From: a bacterium
Lineage (GTDB): Bacteria > UBA8248
DNA: 64,000 nucleotides
NCBI GenBank assembly: GCA_963692865.2
Contig: OY843592.1
Coordinates: forward strand, 3,296,001 to 3,360,000
Direction of reading: 5' to 3'
Shown: positions 19,794 through 29,511 of the stretch, one piece after another
Position numbering within the stretch: the stretch's first letter is position 1
How the letters are laid out: every line of letters begins with the position of its first letter
Program-made: the position numbers and the translations under genes
Notes under the pieces: generated by a model
What the model saw: only the letters and a program-made list of their open reading frames with translations
What the model was told of the DNA's origin: nothing
Databases searched by the model: none

Positions 19794-20245
19794 GGGGTTG
19801 TTGAAAAACCCTATCCGCCTCATCCTGAGTAGCGGCGAAGCCGCGTATCGAAGGTCAATCGCAACCAATGCGGGAGCGAATGCCTCTCGCCTCTGCGCGA
19901 GGCATTCGACCCTCCTCGCCCTTCGATATAAACGCTCCTTTCTCGGGGCTGTTGAAAAACCCGGAGAGAGACAATTTGTTTGTAGGTGACAACCCCTCCT
20001 CGGGGTTGTCCCACACATATCATGCGACCCTGATTTTCGCCTCCGCAAGGCGGGCCGCATGATATGTCAGACATATATGTCTGACCTACAAAAACCGTTC
20101 CTCCCCGGTCGCGTAAAACACTCGCTCATCAGGACTTTTTCAACAGCCCATTCTCAGTCGCGTTTGACCTTCGGCGGCTGCTCAGGGTGAGGAAAAGGAC
20201 GTTGGCGGCTTGCCGGGGCCGCAGATGGGGTTATTCAACAACCCC
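19794..20245. mobile_element. Nested MITE-like element: inner element 19945-20149 inside an outer element homologous to 18344-18536
   Basis: Ends occur in the order L(19794) L(19945) R(20149) R(20245). The outer interior matches the 18344 element at both ends; the inner element carries GTAG-type hairpins. Confidence 0.72.
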
Positions 20246-20264
20246 TTTTAGGGTATCGCTTTTA

Positions 20265-20737
20265 CCCCCCTGACAAGGGGGACAGGGGGGGCTTTTTCGA
20301 CTGTTCCTTGCGGGCCGGTCGGGGTTCCCCCGTAGTGGGCCGTTCACGAAAACAACCCACTACAAAACCATCGCCCCCTTTTGCCTATGCTCGTCATTCC
20401 GGCGAAAGCCGGAATCCATTTGCGGACGCGGGTGAATGAACGACGGCGTTTCATTCCCCGACGATGCGCGGGAATCCTGACGAAAGGCGTAAAAATGGAT
20501 TCCGGCTTTCGCCGGAATGACGGTGGTTTTCCCGCATCAAGGAGACTTTTCAACAACCCCTTGAGGGTCGGGCGGATACACAGGCCCGCCGCTGCAAAGC
20601 CCCAAAAATCGTAATGAACCCGTAGGGGAGTACCCGCGTGTCCTCCCCCCCACGTCGTTCTGGTCGTGAGCCTGGTGTAGAGGCCGGAATGACGGCGGTG
20701 GTCAATTCCGATCGGGGAGGGGTTTTTCAACAACCCC
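20265..20737. repeat. Mosaic repeat island: CCCCCTGACAAGGGGG unit, REP-pair module, GTAG hairpin and two right-end TIRs
   Basis: Module 20392-20522 is nearly identical to 2116-2253. TTTTCAACAACCCC occurs at 20547-20560 and 20723-20737. Confidence 0.78.
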
Positions 20738-20755
20738 TGATCGATCGCGTTCGAT

Positions 20756-22057
20756 CTACAACTCGATCACGTCCATCGCGTCGGGGTTGAGGACGCGCGG
20801 GCCGTTCTCCTCCACGATCACCTGGGGGCCGAAGACCATGAATATCCTGTCCTCGTGCGCGGCCTTGATTTCGACTGCGAGGGCCATGCCCGCCTCCACC
20901 TCGAAATCCTCCAGGAAGCCGTAGCGGCCCCCCGCGAGTTCTTGCCATTCGGGGTTCTCGGCGAGGCTCCCCTCCACGTAGGGTTCGCGCCAGGGGAAGT
21001 TCCGGGGAATGTCGCCCGCGCATATCGTCGTCATGGGCGGCTCGATGCCGTCGAGCCCCACCCCGTGCACCTGGGGGATTTCGTGATAAAACCCGCTCCG
21101 CAGGATCGCCCCGTTCGAGGCGCGGTCCACCTCGCTCCACGGCGTGCCGGGCTTCAAGGCGTCGAGCGCGGCGTGGAGACACTCTCGCACCGCCTCATGA
21201 ATGGGCTTGTAGTCGTCATCCATCGGCCCCAGCGACATCGAGGTGTGCGGGTGGCTCCAGTAGCCCCCGTAGCGCGAGTAGTAGCCGATGCACAGCATGT
21301 CGCCCGCCCGCAGAATCCTGTCCGTGGGTCTCCGGTTCACCGGATAGCCCTTGCCCGAGCACATGATGAGCCAGCTGTCGCGCCCCGCCTCGGCGCCCGC
21401 GCGCAGGCTCGCGCTGAAAAGCTCCGCGTACACCTCGCTCTCGCGCACCCCCGGACGGCAGCAGCCGAGCACGGCGTCTATCTCGATGTTCACCATCTCG
21501 GCGGCCTTCTCCATCATCGCTATCTCCTCGGCGCTCTTGATGATGCGAAGGCGCGTGAGGATGTCCGAGGCGTCGGCGAACTGCGCGTCCGGCAGGAGGC
21601 GTTTGAGGTTCTGGTACGTCATGTATGGAATCGCGCCCTCCGCGCCGTATCCCCCGCCGATGAGTCCGACGACGCCGATTCTCCCGCTCTCGTAGCCCAA
21701 CTCCTTGATGGCGTCTGCCGCCACGATGCTCACCTTCCCCTCGTGGCCCCGGTAGCGCACCCCCTCGAAGCACGACTCGGTGTACCACTTGCCCCAGTTC
21801 TGCAGGAGCCAGAAGGTCACGGGCGCGCCGTTTCGGGGAAACACCATGCTGCGCTCGCCGTAATCGCCCCCGTCGAGCCAGCGGGCGTTGCCGTTGCCGT
21901 TCGAGCCGCGCCCGACCACGATGAGGCAATCGAGCCCGCGCTCGTCCATGGCGGCGCGCACCGCGCTCCACCGCCTGTCGCGCTCCTCGGCGGAAAACGC
22001 TGCCGCCGCATCGCCCGTGCGGCCGTCTTTCGGGAAAAACCTGGGGTCCGTTACCAT
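20756..22057 (-). CDS. M24 family (creatinase / Xaa-Pro peptidase fold) hydrolase
   Basis: Creatinase_N-like ERDRRWSAVRAAM, RIIKSAEEI, RPGVRESEV and HGVGLD. Most M24 metal ligands are absent. Confidence 0.82.
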   Translation of the reverse strand: MVTDPRFFPKDGRTGDAAAAFSAEERDRRWSAVRAAMDERGLDCLIVVGRGSNGNGNARWLDGGDYGERSMVFPRNGAPVTFWLLQNWGKWYTESCFEGVRYRGHEGKVSIVAADAIKELGYESGRIGVVGLIGGGYGAEGAIPYMTYQNLKRLLPDAQFADASDILTRLRIIKSAEEIAMMEKAAEMVNIEIDAVLGCCRPGVRESEVYAELFSASLRAGAEAGRDSWLIMCSGKGYPVNRRPTDRILRAGDMLCIGYYSRYGGYWSHPHTSMSLGPMDDDYKPIHEAVRECLHAALDALKPGTPWSEVDRASNGAILRSGFYHEIPQVHGVGLDGIEPPMTTICAGDIPRNFPWREPYVEGSLAENPEWQELAGGRYGFLEDFEVEAGMALAVEIKAAHEDRIFMVFGPQVIVEENGPRVLNPDAMDVIEL

Positions 22058-22380
22058 GAATGTCTCCTGTAATTCTCGATTTGAATGGGAATTATAAGTT
22101 TAAGTTGATGGCTTTTTCGAACAGCATTGTCAACCAACGAGAGAGAAGAGAACCACTCCCCCCTTGAAAGTCGCACATTCCGGGGATGAGGCGTCGCTTA
22201 TCGGAAACGAACCGCTGTCAGGCGCCCCGCTCAGCAGATGACCGTCCGCAGGCGAATCGGCGGCTCCTGAATGAACGTCGTTCAGAGTCGAAGCATCAAT
22301 TCGGACGAGCGCTTGCGGGCCGGGTACTGAAGGTGAAAACTGCTGAATATGACCGACGTCGAGCGAAAGGAGGGGAAACC

Positions 22381-22584
22381 GTGAAACTCAAGGTAGTCGT
22401 TCACGAGGCGGAAGAAGGGGGATATTGGGCCGAGGTGCCGGCCGTCCCCGGGTGCGCGACCCAGGGAGATACGTTCGAGGAGTTGTTGGGCAATCTCTAC
22501 GAGGCGGTTGAGGGATGCCTCTCCGTGGACGTCCGGGAAGTGGAAGTTTCGGGCGCGGGCAGGGTCGTCGAGATCGCCGTGTGA
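22381..22584 (+). CDS. hicB: HicB family antitoxin (short, no DNA-binding domain)
   Basis: EEGGYWAEVPAVPGCATQGDTFEEL; GTG start after GGAGG. Confidence 0.88.
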   Translation: MKLKVVVHEAEEGGYWAEVPAVPGCATQGDTFEELLGNLYEAVEGCLSVDVREVEVSGAGRVVEIAV

Positions 22585-22787
22585 AATCCGTCAGTGGAAA
22601 GCGCTTTTGCCGCATACTGGAAGCGAAGGGCTGGAAACTGGCGCGCTCCCGCGGCAGTCACCGCATTTGCGCGAAACAGGGTTCGGATATCGGCATCTCG
22701 GCGCCGGTCCATGGTGACGCGTCGCTCAAGCGCGGCTTGCAGAGACATCTCATGAAACTGGCGGACATCCAGGAATCCGAACTGTAG
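22581..22787 (+). CDS. hicA: HicA family toxin
   Basis: LEAKGWKLARSRGSH...PVHG...LKRG; GTG overlaps the hicB stop. Confidence 0.85.
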   Translation: MKSVSGKRFCRILEAKGWKLARSRGSHRICAKQGSDIGISAPVHGDASLKRGLQRHLMKLADIQESEL

Positions 22788-22864
22788 ACCGGGAGCGCGG
22801 TCGCCGCGGTATCTCCGCCCTCCTCGGTTCTGTAAGGGCGTCCTCTCGTGGTTCGCCTGTGGCT

Positions 22865-23877
22865 GTCATTCCGGTGTCAGACCCGACCAATGCGGGAGGG
22901 TTTGACGGAATCCAGAGCCGATGAGGATCAAGGCGCTCGGGACTTCCATGTTCTCACCGCTCAGATCGGAAATGGCGAAGTACAAAGACGAAAAGGCAAG
23001 GTGAAATGTCCCCCGTGGGACATTTCTGGATTCCGCATTCTCTTCCTCATCGGGCGAGAATGATCGCCGGAATGACGAGCAAAACCACTCATCCACTGTA
23101 GGGACAGGTCGCGACCTGTCCCTACGGGTTCGTTAAAATACGCGAGATGTCCGTAGGGGCGGCCCACCGTGTCCGCCCGGTTCCACACGCGGACATGGAG
23201 AACCGGGAGAACACATAGGTTCTCCCCTAAACAAGAACCTAGCGTAGGGGCGACCCCCCGTGGTCGCCCTTCCCCTTGTGGCGCCCTTCCTTCATCCCGA
23301 GTAGGCGCGCTCGCGCGCCGTATCGAGGGAGCGTGTCGAAGGGCCTGCCCTGAGCGCACCGAAGGGGAGCGCCCTTCGATACGCCGCTTCGCGGCTACTC
23401 AGGGTGAGGCCAGTGCGGGAGGCGGGCAAGACGAAGAGAGCGCCTCCGCTTCCGTAGGGGGTTTTTGATTTTACCCCCCTGTTAAGGGGGGTAGGGGGGG
23501 GTGCTTTTCCAGTCGAGAGGGGCGTCCCCTCTACCCCTTAAAAAGTCCACCTCGATCGGTCGATTCCTTCCTCATCGGCCGGAACCGACCACCGCCGTCA
23601 TTCCGGCGAATGCCGGAATCCAGGGGTTTCGTATTTCGTTTTTCGCCGCAATGCCCGTCCCATTAGAGAAGAAATGAAACGCCGCGATTTCTCCGCCCTC
23701 ATCGGTTCTGGATTCCGGCTTTCGCCGGAATGACGAACAATACCGCATTCGCCCGTAGCCGGACAGGCTTCTACGCCTGTCCAGGGTTCGCGTACTGTGG
23801 GACAACCCCGAGGAGGGGTTGTCACTACAATCCCATCATGTCGAACCTTCATTTATCAGGGCTTTTTCAACAACTCC
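22865..23877. repeat. About 1 kb non-coding mosaic of palindromic repeats
   Basis: REP pairs (22865-23077 variant; 23596-23735), GTAGGGACAGGTCGCGACCTGTCCCTAC (23098-23125), further GTAG hairpins, a GAGTAG/GTATCGA pair (about 23292-23409), CCCCCCTGTTAAGGGGGG and a right TIR at 23863-23877. Confidence 0.8.
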
Positions 23878-24002
23878 TCAGAGGGATTGACTCCATCATT
23901 CCCATCCGAATCTCACCCGCGCGACTGGACGGGGGCGAGCGGAATCATTTAGCCTTGAACGTCATTTACCCTCACGATAACGGATGAACCGGGCGCCGGA
24001 AA

Positions 24003-25136
24003 ATGAGAGAAGCGCAATTCGCCTGTATCGACTGCGGGGAGAAATACCCCCTGAACCTCCCCCGCTGGCGGTGCGGCTGCGGCGGGCCGCTGGAGGTTGC
24101 GCCGAACGCCGTCTTCACCCGTGAATCCCTGGCCTCCCGCCCCGCCACCTTGTGGCGCTACAGGGAGGCGATTCCGGTCGAGGACGATGAGAACGTCGTC
24201 AGCATGGACGAGGGGATGACGCCGCTCGTACCTCTCGCCCGCTCGGGGATGGAAATTCTCTGCAAGTTGGATTTCCTGTTCCCCACCGGCTCGTTCAAGG
24301 ACCGCGGCGCCGCCGTGCTGATGAGCAAGCTGAAGGAGTGGGGTCTCGCGCGGGTGCTCATGGATTCTTCTGGCAACGCCGCCGCCGCCGTCTCCGCCTA
24401 CGCCGCGCGCGCGGGAATCGAGTGCGACGTCTACGTTCCCGCCTCCACCTCCGCGGCCAAGCGCGCGCAAATCGCGGCCTACGGCGCAAGGCTTCACAAA
24501 ATCCCCGGTCCCCGCGCCGCCGCCACCGAAGCCGCCATGGAAGCGGCGGAAGAGGGCTTCTACGCCTCCCATTTCTGGAACCCCTGGTTCAACCACGGAA
24601 CCAAGACCTGGGCGTTCGAGGCCTGGGAGCAGCTCGGCTTCAAGGCGCCGGACGCCGTCGTCGCCCCCGCCGGGCACGGCTCCGTGCTTATCGGCGCGTA
24701 TCTGGGGTTTTCGGAACTCTTGCGCGCCGGCCATATCGACGAACTGCCCAAAATCTTCGCGGCCCAGGCGGCGAGATGCGCGCCCATGGTGCGGATGTGG
24801 GAGGAGAATCTCGAAGCCGTGCCCGAGATCACGCCCGAGGATACGCTCGCCGAGGGCATCTCCATCGCCGCGCCCGTGCGCTGGAAGCAGATGCTCGAAG
24901 CCGTCCGAGAGAGCGGGGGCTGCTTCGTCGCAGTAGAGGACGAAACCATCCCTCCCCTGCTCCGGGAGTTCGGCGCGAAAGGTGTCCTCATGGAGCCGAC
25001 GAGCGCCGTCCCCTTCGCAGCAGTCGAGACCTTGAGAGAGCAAGGCAAGATAAAGTCGTCCGACGCCGTGGTGGTTCCCGTGACGGGCCACGGACTCAAG
25101 GCCGCCGACAAGCTCGAAAAGCTGATGAGCGCCTGA
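24003..25136 (+). CDS. Threonine synthase-like PLP-dependent enzyme
   Basis: N-terminal CxxC...CxC, EGMTPL, PTGSFKDRG, SSGNA, EPTSA and TGHGLK. Confidence 0.88.
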   Translation: MREAQFACIDCGEKYPLNLPRWRCGCGGPLEVAPNAVFTRESLASRPATLWRYREAIPVEDDENVVSMDEGMTPLVPLARSGMEILCKLDFLFPTGSFKDRGAAVLMSKLKEWGLARVLMDSSGNAAAAVSAYAARAGIECDVYVPASTSAAKRAQIAAYGARLHKIPGPRAAATEAAMEAAEEGFYASHFWNPWFNHGTKTWAFEAWEQLGFKAPDAVVAPAGHGSVLIGAYLGFSELLRAGHIDELPKIFAAQAARCAPMVRMWEENLEAVPEITPEDTLAEGISIAAPVRWKQMLEAVRESGGCFVAVEDETIPPLLREFGAKGVLMEPTSAVPFAAVETLREQGKIKSSDAVVVPVTGHGLKAADKLEKLMSA

Positions 25137-25861
25137 TGGATTTTCGCCGCACCGAAAATACATGGGGCGCCTATTTCCGCCAGGGGATGAAGCACTGCGT
25201 ACAGGCGCCGGGCATCGGGCTTTTCGCCGCCATGTCGGGCTTCGGCGCGCTCGCCAGGGACAGCGGCGTATCGCTCCTGATCGCGTTGGGCATGACGGGC
25301 GGCATGTGGAGCACGCCGGGCCAGGTGGCCTTTGTCGAATTGTTCGCCGCGGGCGTCGGTGGAGTCGCTCTCATCGCCTCGGTCACCATCGCCAACGTGC
25401 GGATGTTCCCGCTCACCATCGCCCTCATGCCGCTCTTAAGATCGCGGCAGGGCGTCGAGACCGCGCATTTCTGGATGGCCCACGCCAACTCGGTCACCTC
25501 GTTCGTCCAGGTCGTCGAGATGTGCCGCCACGTCGAGGAGAAGCGCCTGCGCACGGCCTATTTCTTCGGCTTCACGACCGCCTGCATGTCTTCGGGCCTC
25601 CTCGGCACCGCCCTGGGCTACACGATGGCCTCCAGGATGCCCGGCCTCATCGCGCGGGCGCTCATGCTCGTAACGCCGCTCTTCATGCTGCTGCTGGCCG
25701 CCCGGAGCAATCAGCGCTCGCTGCTGACCTCGGTGGCGCTCGGCTGCGCCCTCGTGCCCGCGGGATACCTCGTCTCCACCGACTGGGGGCTTCTCGCGGG
25801 CGGCGTCCTGGCCGGAACGCTCGCATTCGGGTTCGAGAGAATGAGGAAGAACAATGCCTGA
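25136..25861 (+). CDS. AzlC family exporter permease
   Basis: Hydrophobic; FGALA, STPGQ, ANVR and GTALG. ATG overlaps the upstream TGA. Confidence 0.8.
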   Translation: MDFRRTENTWGAYFRQGMKHCVQAPGIGLFAAMSGFGALARDSGVSLLIALGMTGGMWSTPGQVAFVELFAAGVGGVALIASVTIANVRMFPLTIALMPLLRSRQGVETAHFWMAHANSVTSFVQVVEMCRHVEEKRLRTAYFFGFTTACMSSGLLGTALGYTMASRMPGLIARALMLVTPLFMLLLAARSNQRSLLTSVALGCALVPAGYLVSTDWGLLAGGVLAGTLAFGFERMRKNNA

Positions 25862-26186
25862 CGCCGCGATCCTCTTGGGAATCGCCATCGTCTGCACCTA
25901 TTCCTGGCGGTGGATGGGCGTGCTCATCGCGGGCCGGATCGAGGACGACAGCCCCGTCTTCGAGTGGGTGACCTGCGTGGCCTACGCCATCGCCACGGGC
26001 CTGATGATGAAGATCATCCTGCTGCCCGGCGGCGCGCTCGCGGAATCACACCTCATCGACCGCCTCGCGGGTCTGGCGGTCTGCGTGGGCGTCTTCTATG
26101 GTTTGAGAAAAAACCTGCTCGCGGGCCTCGGCGCGGGCGTTTGCGCGTTCATGCTGTTTCCAGGCCTGCGGAGCCTGTTGTTCTAG
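25854..26186 (+). CDS. AzlD family membrane protein
   Basis: TYSWR motif, small and hydrophobic, overlaps azlC. Confidence 0.78.
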   Translation: MPDAAILLGIAIVCTYSWRWMGVLIAGRIEDDSPVFEWVTCVAYAIATGLMMKIILLPGGALAESHLIDRLAGLAVCVGVFYGLRKNLLAGLGAGVCAFMLFPGLRSLLF

Positions 26187-26215
26187 GGTCGAACCCACAC
26201 GAGAGGAGGCAAATC

Positions 26216-27055
26216 ATGGAGACCGCCGAAACCCCCTGGGCGCATGAGAAAAGCTGGCGCGAGGTGCGCGAATACCTCGGTTCGGGAAACGATATGGCGA
26301 TTCTGCCCGTGGGAAGCGTGGAGCAGCACGGCCCGCACATGCCCATGGGCCACGACGCGTTCGCCGCCCACCATGTCGCACAAGACGCGGGCCGGCGGGC
26401 GGGCGTTCTGGTCTACCCCACCCTCTGGTACGGCTGGACCAACAACCACATGGCGCTTACGGGCACGGTAACGCTGAGACCCGAGACGCTCACCGCCGTC
26501 GTGACCGACATCATGAGCAGCCTCCTCTACCACGGCTTCAACCGGGTGATCATCGTGAACGGGCACCGGAGGGCCAATCTCGCGCCGCTCGAAATCGCCG
26601 TGAACCAGATGCGCCAGAAGACCGGGGCGGCGCTCGCCATCGTGGACGTCGGCATCATCGCCTTCGACCGGATCCCCGACATCAGAACCACGCCCCCCGG
26701 CGGACAGGGCCACGCGTGCGAGCTGGAAGCTTCGCACGCGCTTCACTTGTATCCCCACCTGGTGGACCTGGAGAAAGCGACGCCTCAGAACTCGAACCCC
26801 GAGCCCGAGTGGATGACGGCCCACCACATCAGTGATCCAGGCGTGGACGCGCCGCGCTTTTTCTACCCCAAGACGGTGGCCGAATACCGCGCCGAAATCG
26901 GAGACCAAGGACAATCCGGCGACCCGACGCAGGCTACACCTGAGAAAGGGCGCGCCTTCCACGAAGCCGTGGTGGAACGTCTCATCGGCGTCATCGAGTA
27001 TATCAAGGCGCGGGAAGTGAACGTCCACCACCGCCCCGCGCCGTTCGAGGATTGA
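26216..27055 (+). CDS. Creatininase family amidohydrolase
   Basis: LPVGSVEQHGPHMPMGHD, NGH, GHACELE and GDPTQATPEKG. Confidence 0.9.
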   Translation: METAETPWAHEKSWREVREYLGSGNDMAILPVGSVEQHGPHMPMGHDAFAAHHVAQDAGRRAGVLVYPTLWYGWTNNHMALTGTVTLRPETLTAVVTDIMSSLLYHGFNRVIIVNGHRRANLAPLEIAVNQMRQKTGAALAIVDVGIIAFDRIPDIRTTPPGGQGHACELEASHALHLYPHLVDLEKATPQNSNPEPEWMTAHHISDPGVDAPRFFYPKTVAEYRAEIGDQGQSGDPTQATPEKGRAFHEAVVERLIGVIEYIKAREVNVHHRPAPFED

Positions 27056-27087
27056 GGGGGCGCTACTGATGGACTTTTTCGCTGACA

Positions 27088-27441
27088 GGGGCTGTTAAAA
27101 AATCGTGTTTTCGTGATTCAGCGTATGGTGTAGGGGTCGTTCGCGAACGTCCCCTACAGAAAACATGGCATTCGCCTTGCTCGTCATTCCAGCGAAAGCC
27201 GGAATCCATTTGCGAGTGAGATTGAATGAACGGCGGCCTTTCATTCCCCGCCGATGCGTTGGAACCCTGACGAAAGGCAAGAGCGAGGAAGATATGTAAC
27301 CTCCTCATCCCGAGTAGGCCCGTAAGGGCCGTATCGAGGGACGAGGAGGGTCGAAAGCCTCGCGCCGGGCGAAAGGGCATCCTTCGATACGCAGCTTCGC
27401 CGCTACTCAGGATGAGGCGGAGGGGGCTTTTTTAACAGCCC
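27088..27441. mobile_element. MITE-like element with a TIR variant and mixed palindromic cargo
   Basis: GGGGCTGTTAAAAAA ... TTTTTTAACAGCCC, with the same G>A change in both ends. Cargo is a GTAG hairpin, a partial REP module (from 27182) and a GAGTAG/GTATCGA pair. Confidence 0.72.
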
Positions 27442-27475
27442 TTGAAGGTCTTTGTCTTGTGACGAGAGAGAAATT

Positions 27476-27693
27476 CACTCCCCTCCTTGAGGGGGAGTCG
27501 GTGAAGCCGAGCGATTTGTGCGAAGGCTGAACCGGTGGGGGGTCAATTCCGAGCGAGAAGCGAGGAATTGCGTTCCGATGGCAGCCTCGCCTTAGGCCTG
27601 TAAACGCTCCCTAATCGGTCGCGATTGACCCCCCACCGACTCGCTTGCGGGCTTACGCCCTTAGCTCGTCGACTCCCCCTCAAGGGGGGAGTG
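27476..27693. repeat. CACTCCCCCCTTGAGGGGGAGTCG-type inverted-repeat element
   Basis: Inverted ends CACTCCCCTCCTTGAGGGGGAGTCG / CGACTCCCCCTCAAGGGGGGAGTG. Homologues at 29177-29337 and 54557-54726. Confidence 0.8.
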
Positions 27694-27852
27694 GTTGCTA
27701 AATGCTCTACAAAGGGGAAGTGAAATTCCTCATTCGTTTTTTGTGCCTTATCCCCAAGTGTGGAGTGTTGTATCCTGTCCCGACATTCGTCTAGATACCC
27801 GGAATCGCGGAATCAGGGGTTTTTCAACAACTCCCGACAGGAGAGACTGAGA

Positions 27853-29031
27853 TTGCCGAAAAGAAAACCGGGCAACTCCTTCATGGGCTACAGGCGGCCT
27901 AGCGGGCCCCCCGGCGCGCGGAACCACCTCGTCGTCGTGAGCGCGATGGACAACGCCAACCCCCTCGCGCGGCGGATCGGGAAACTCGTGCGCGAGGCGG
28001 TCGTCGTGAACACGACGTTCGGCAGAAACCTCTTCGGCGAGGACGAGCGGCAGCACTACCGGGTGATGGGCCGCACGGCGGGCCACCCGAACGTGGGCGC
28101 GGCCATCGTCGTGAGCCTGGAGCCCAAAAGCGCGCGGGACGTGGCCGACGTTGCGGCGGAAGCATCGCCCTGGATGCCTATCGAGACCCTCACCATCCAC
28201 GAGACGGGCGGCACGCTCCGGACGGCGAACCGGGGGGTGGAGATCGCCCAGAAGCTGTACCGGCGCCTGAGCGCGGCGAGGCGCGGACGGTGCGATCTCT
28301 CCGAGATCACGCTGGGCACGGAATGCGGGGGCTCCGACACCACGAGCGGTCTCGTGGCGAACCCTGTCACCGGGGTGCTCGCGGACAGGATCGTGGACGC
28401 AGGGGGCGTCGTGCTTTTTTCCGAGACCATGGAGATCGTCGGCGCGGAGCACCTTCTCGCAAAGCGGGCGGCCAGCCCGAAAGTGCGCAAGAAACTGCTC
28501 GGAGCGGTTGCGCGCACGATGGACTACGCACATGAGATGGGGATGGACATCATCGGCTGCAACCCGACGGAGGACAACATCCAGGGCGGACTCTCCTCGA
28601 TTGAGGAGAAAAGCCTGGGCGCGGTGAAAAAAGCGGGTACGCGCGATATCGCCGACGTCATCGTTCCGGGCGAGCGCACGAAAGAGCGCGGCTGCGTGTT
28701 CCTGGACGCGCCGAGCGCGGGCGTCGAGAACGTAACGGCGCTGGCGGCGTGCGGGTCGCAGGCCATCGTCTTCAACACGGGAAACGGAAACCCCATCGGC
28801 CACCCCGTCTCCCCCACCATCAAGGTGACGGCGAATCCCCGCACGGCGGCGCGCATGGCGGAGAACACCGACCTCGACATCAGCGGCGTCATGCGCGGCG
28901 AGCTCTCGAGGGATGAGGCCGTGGACCTCCTGCACGAGGAGTTGACGGCCGTCTTGAGCGGCAAGCGAACGCGGGCGGAAATTCTCGAAGAAACGGAAAT
29001 CACCGTGAGCCGCCTGGCGCTTAACTTATAG
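27853..29031 (+). CDS. UxaA/GarD/SuyB family dehydratase or sulfo-lyase, large (C-terminal) subunit
   Basis: GYRRPSG...GARNH, HPNVGA, ECGGSDTTSG, SET, NIQGGLSSIEEKSLG and FNTGNG. TTG start after AGGAG; no SAF domain. Confidence 0.87.
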   Translation: MPKRKPGNSFMGYRRPSGPPGARNHLVVVSAMDNANPLARRIGKLVREAVVVNTTFGRNLFGEDERQHYRVMGRTAGHPNVGAAIVVSLEPKSARDVADVAAEASPWMPIETLTIHETGGTLRTANRGVEIAQKLYRRLSAARRGRCDLSEITLGTECGGSDTTSGLVANPVTGVLADRIVDAGGVVLFSETMEIVGAEHLLAKRAASPKVRKKLLGAVARTMDYAHEMGMDIIGCNPTEDNIQGGLSSIEEKSLGAVKKAGTRDIADVIVPGERTKERGCVFLDAPSAGVENVTALAACGSQAIVFNTGNGNPIGHPVSPTIKVTANPRTAARMAENTDLDISGVMRGELSRDEAVDLLHEELTAVLSGKRTRAEILEETEITVSRLALNL

Positions 29032-29176
29032 GGGAATGATATACATGACTCGGCGGCGGGATTCCGGGTTCTGAAATCGAAAAGAAAAGACATAATTATT
29101 CCCCTTTTGAGGGGGTTATTGAATAAACTCGATTTCGTGATTTGGCGTGTGTAATCGACAGACGAGATACAAGAAT

Positions 29177-29337
29177 CACTCCCCCCTTGAGGGGGAGTCG
29201 GCAAGACGAGGACGAAGTCCGAAGTCGCGCCGGTGGGGGGTAAAACGTGTTTGATCGCCATTTCGAATTATACCCCCCACCGAATCGCTTTCGGGCTTAC
29301 GCCCTCAGCTCTTCGACTCCCCCTCAAGGGGGGAGTG
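29177..29337. repeat. Second copy of the CACTCCCCCCTTGAGGGGGAGTCG element
   Basis: Same inverted ends and the internal CCCCCCACCGAxTCGCTT..GGGCTTACGCCCT as 27476-27693, in the same orientation. Confidence 0.8.
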
Positions 29338-29511
29338 ATTTTTCTCCCTCGTGTGTCGGCCACAACCCTCCAGGGCCGAGTGAGAAAACCCAGCATGAGG
29401 AAGCGGTTTTGGAGAAGGAAATATGAATTCACCGGCGGATTTTCATGAATTCAACGGAAAGAAAAAATCGTCATCTCAGGCACATCATTCCCATTGGAAA
29501 GGAGTTTTTTC

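Noticed and set aside
22865-23877. Possible CRISPR array in the repeat-dense intergenic region
   Set aside because: The repeats belong to several families, are mostly inverted pairs and are irregularly spaced. There is no constant repeat-spacer period and no cas gene.
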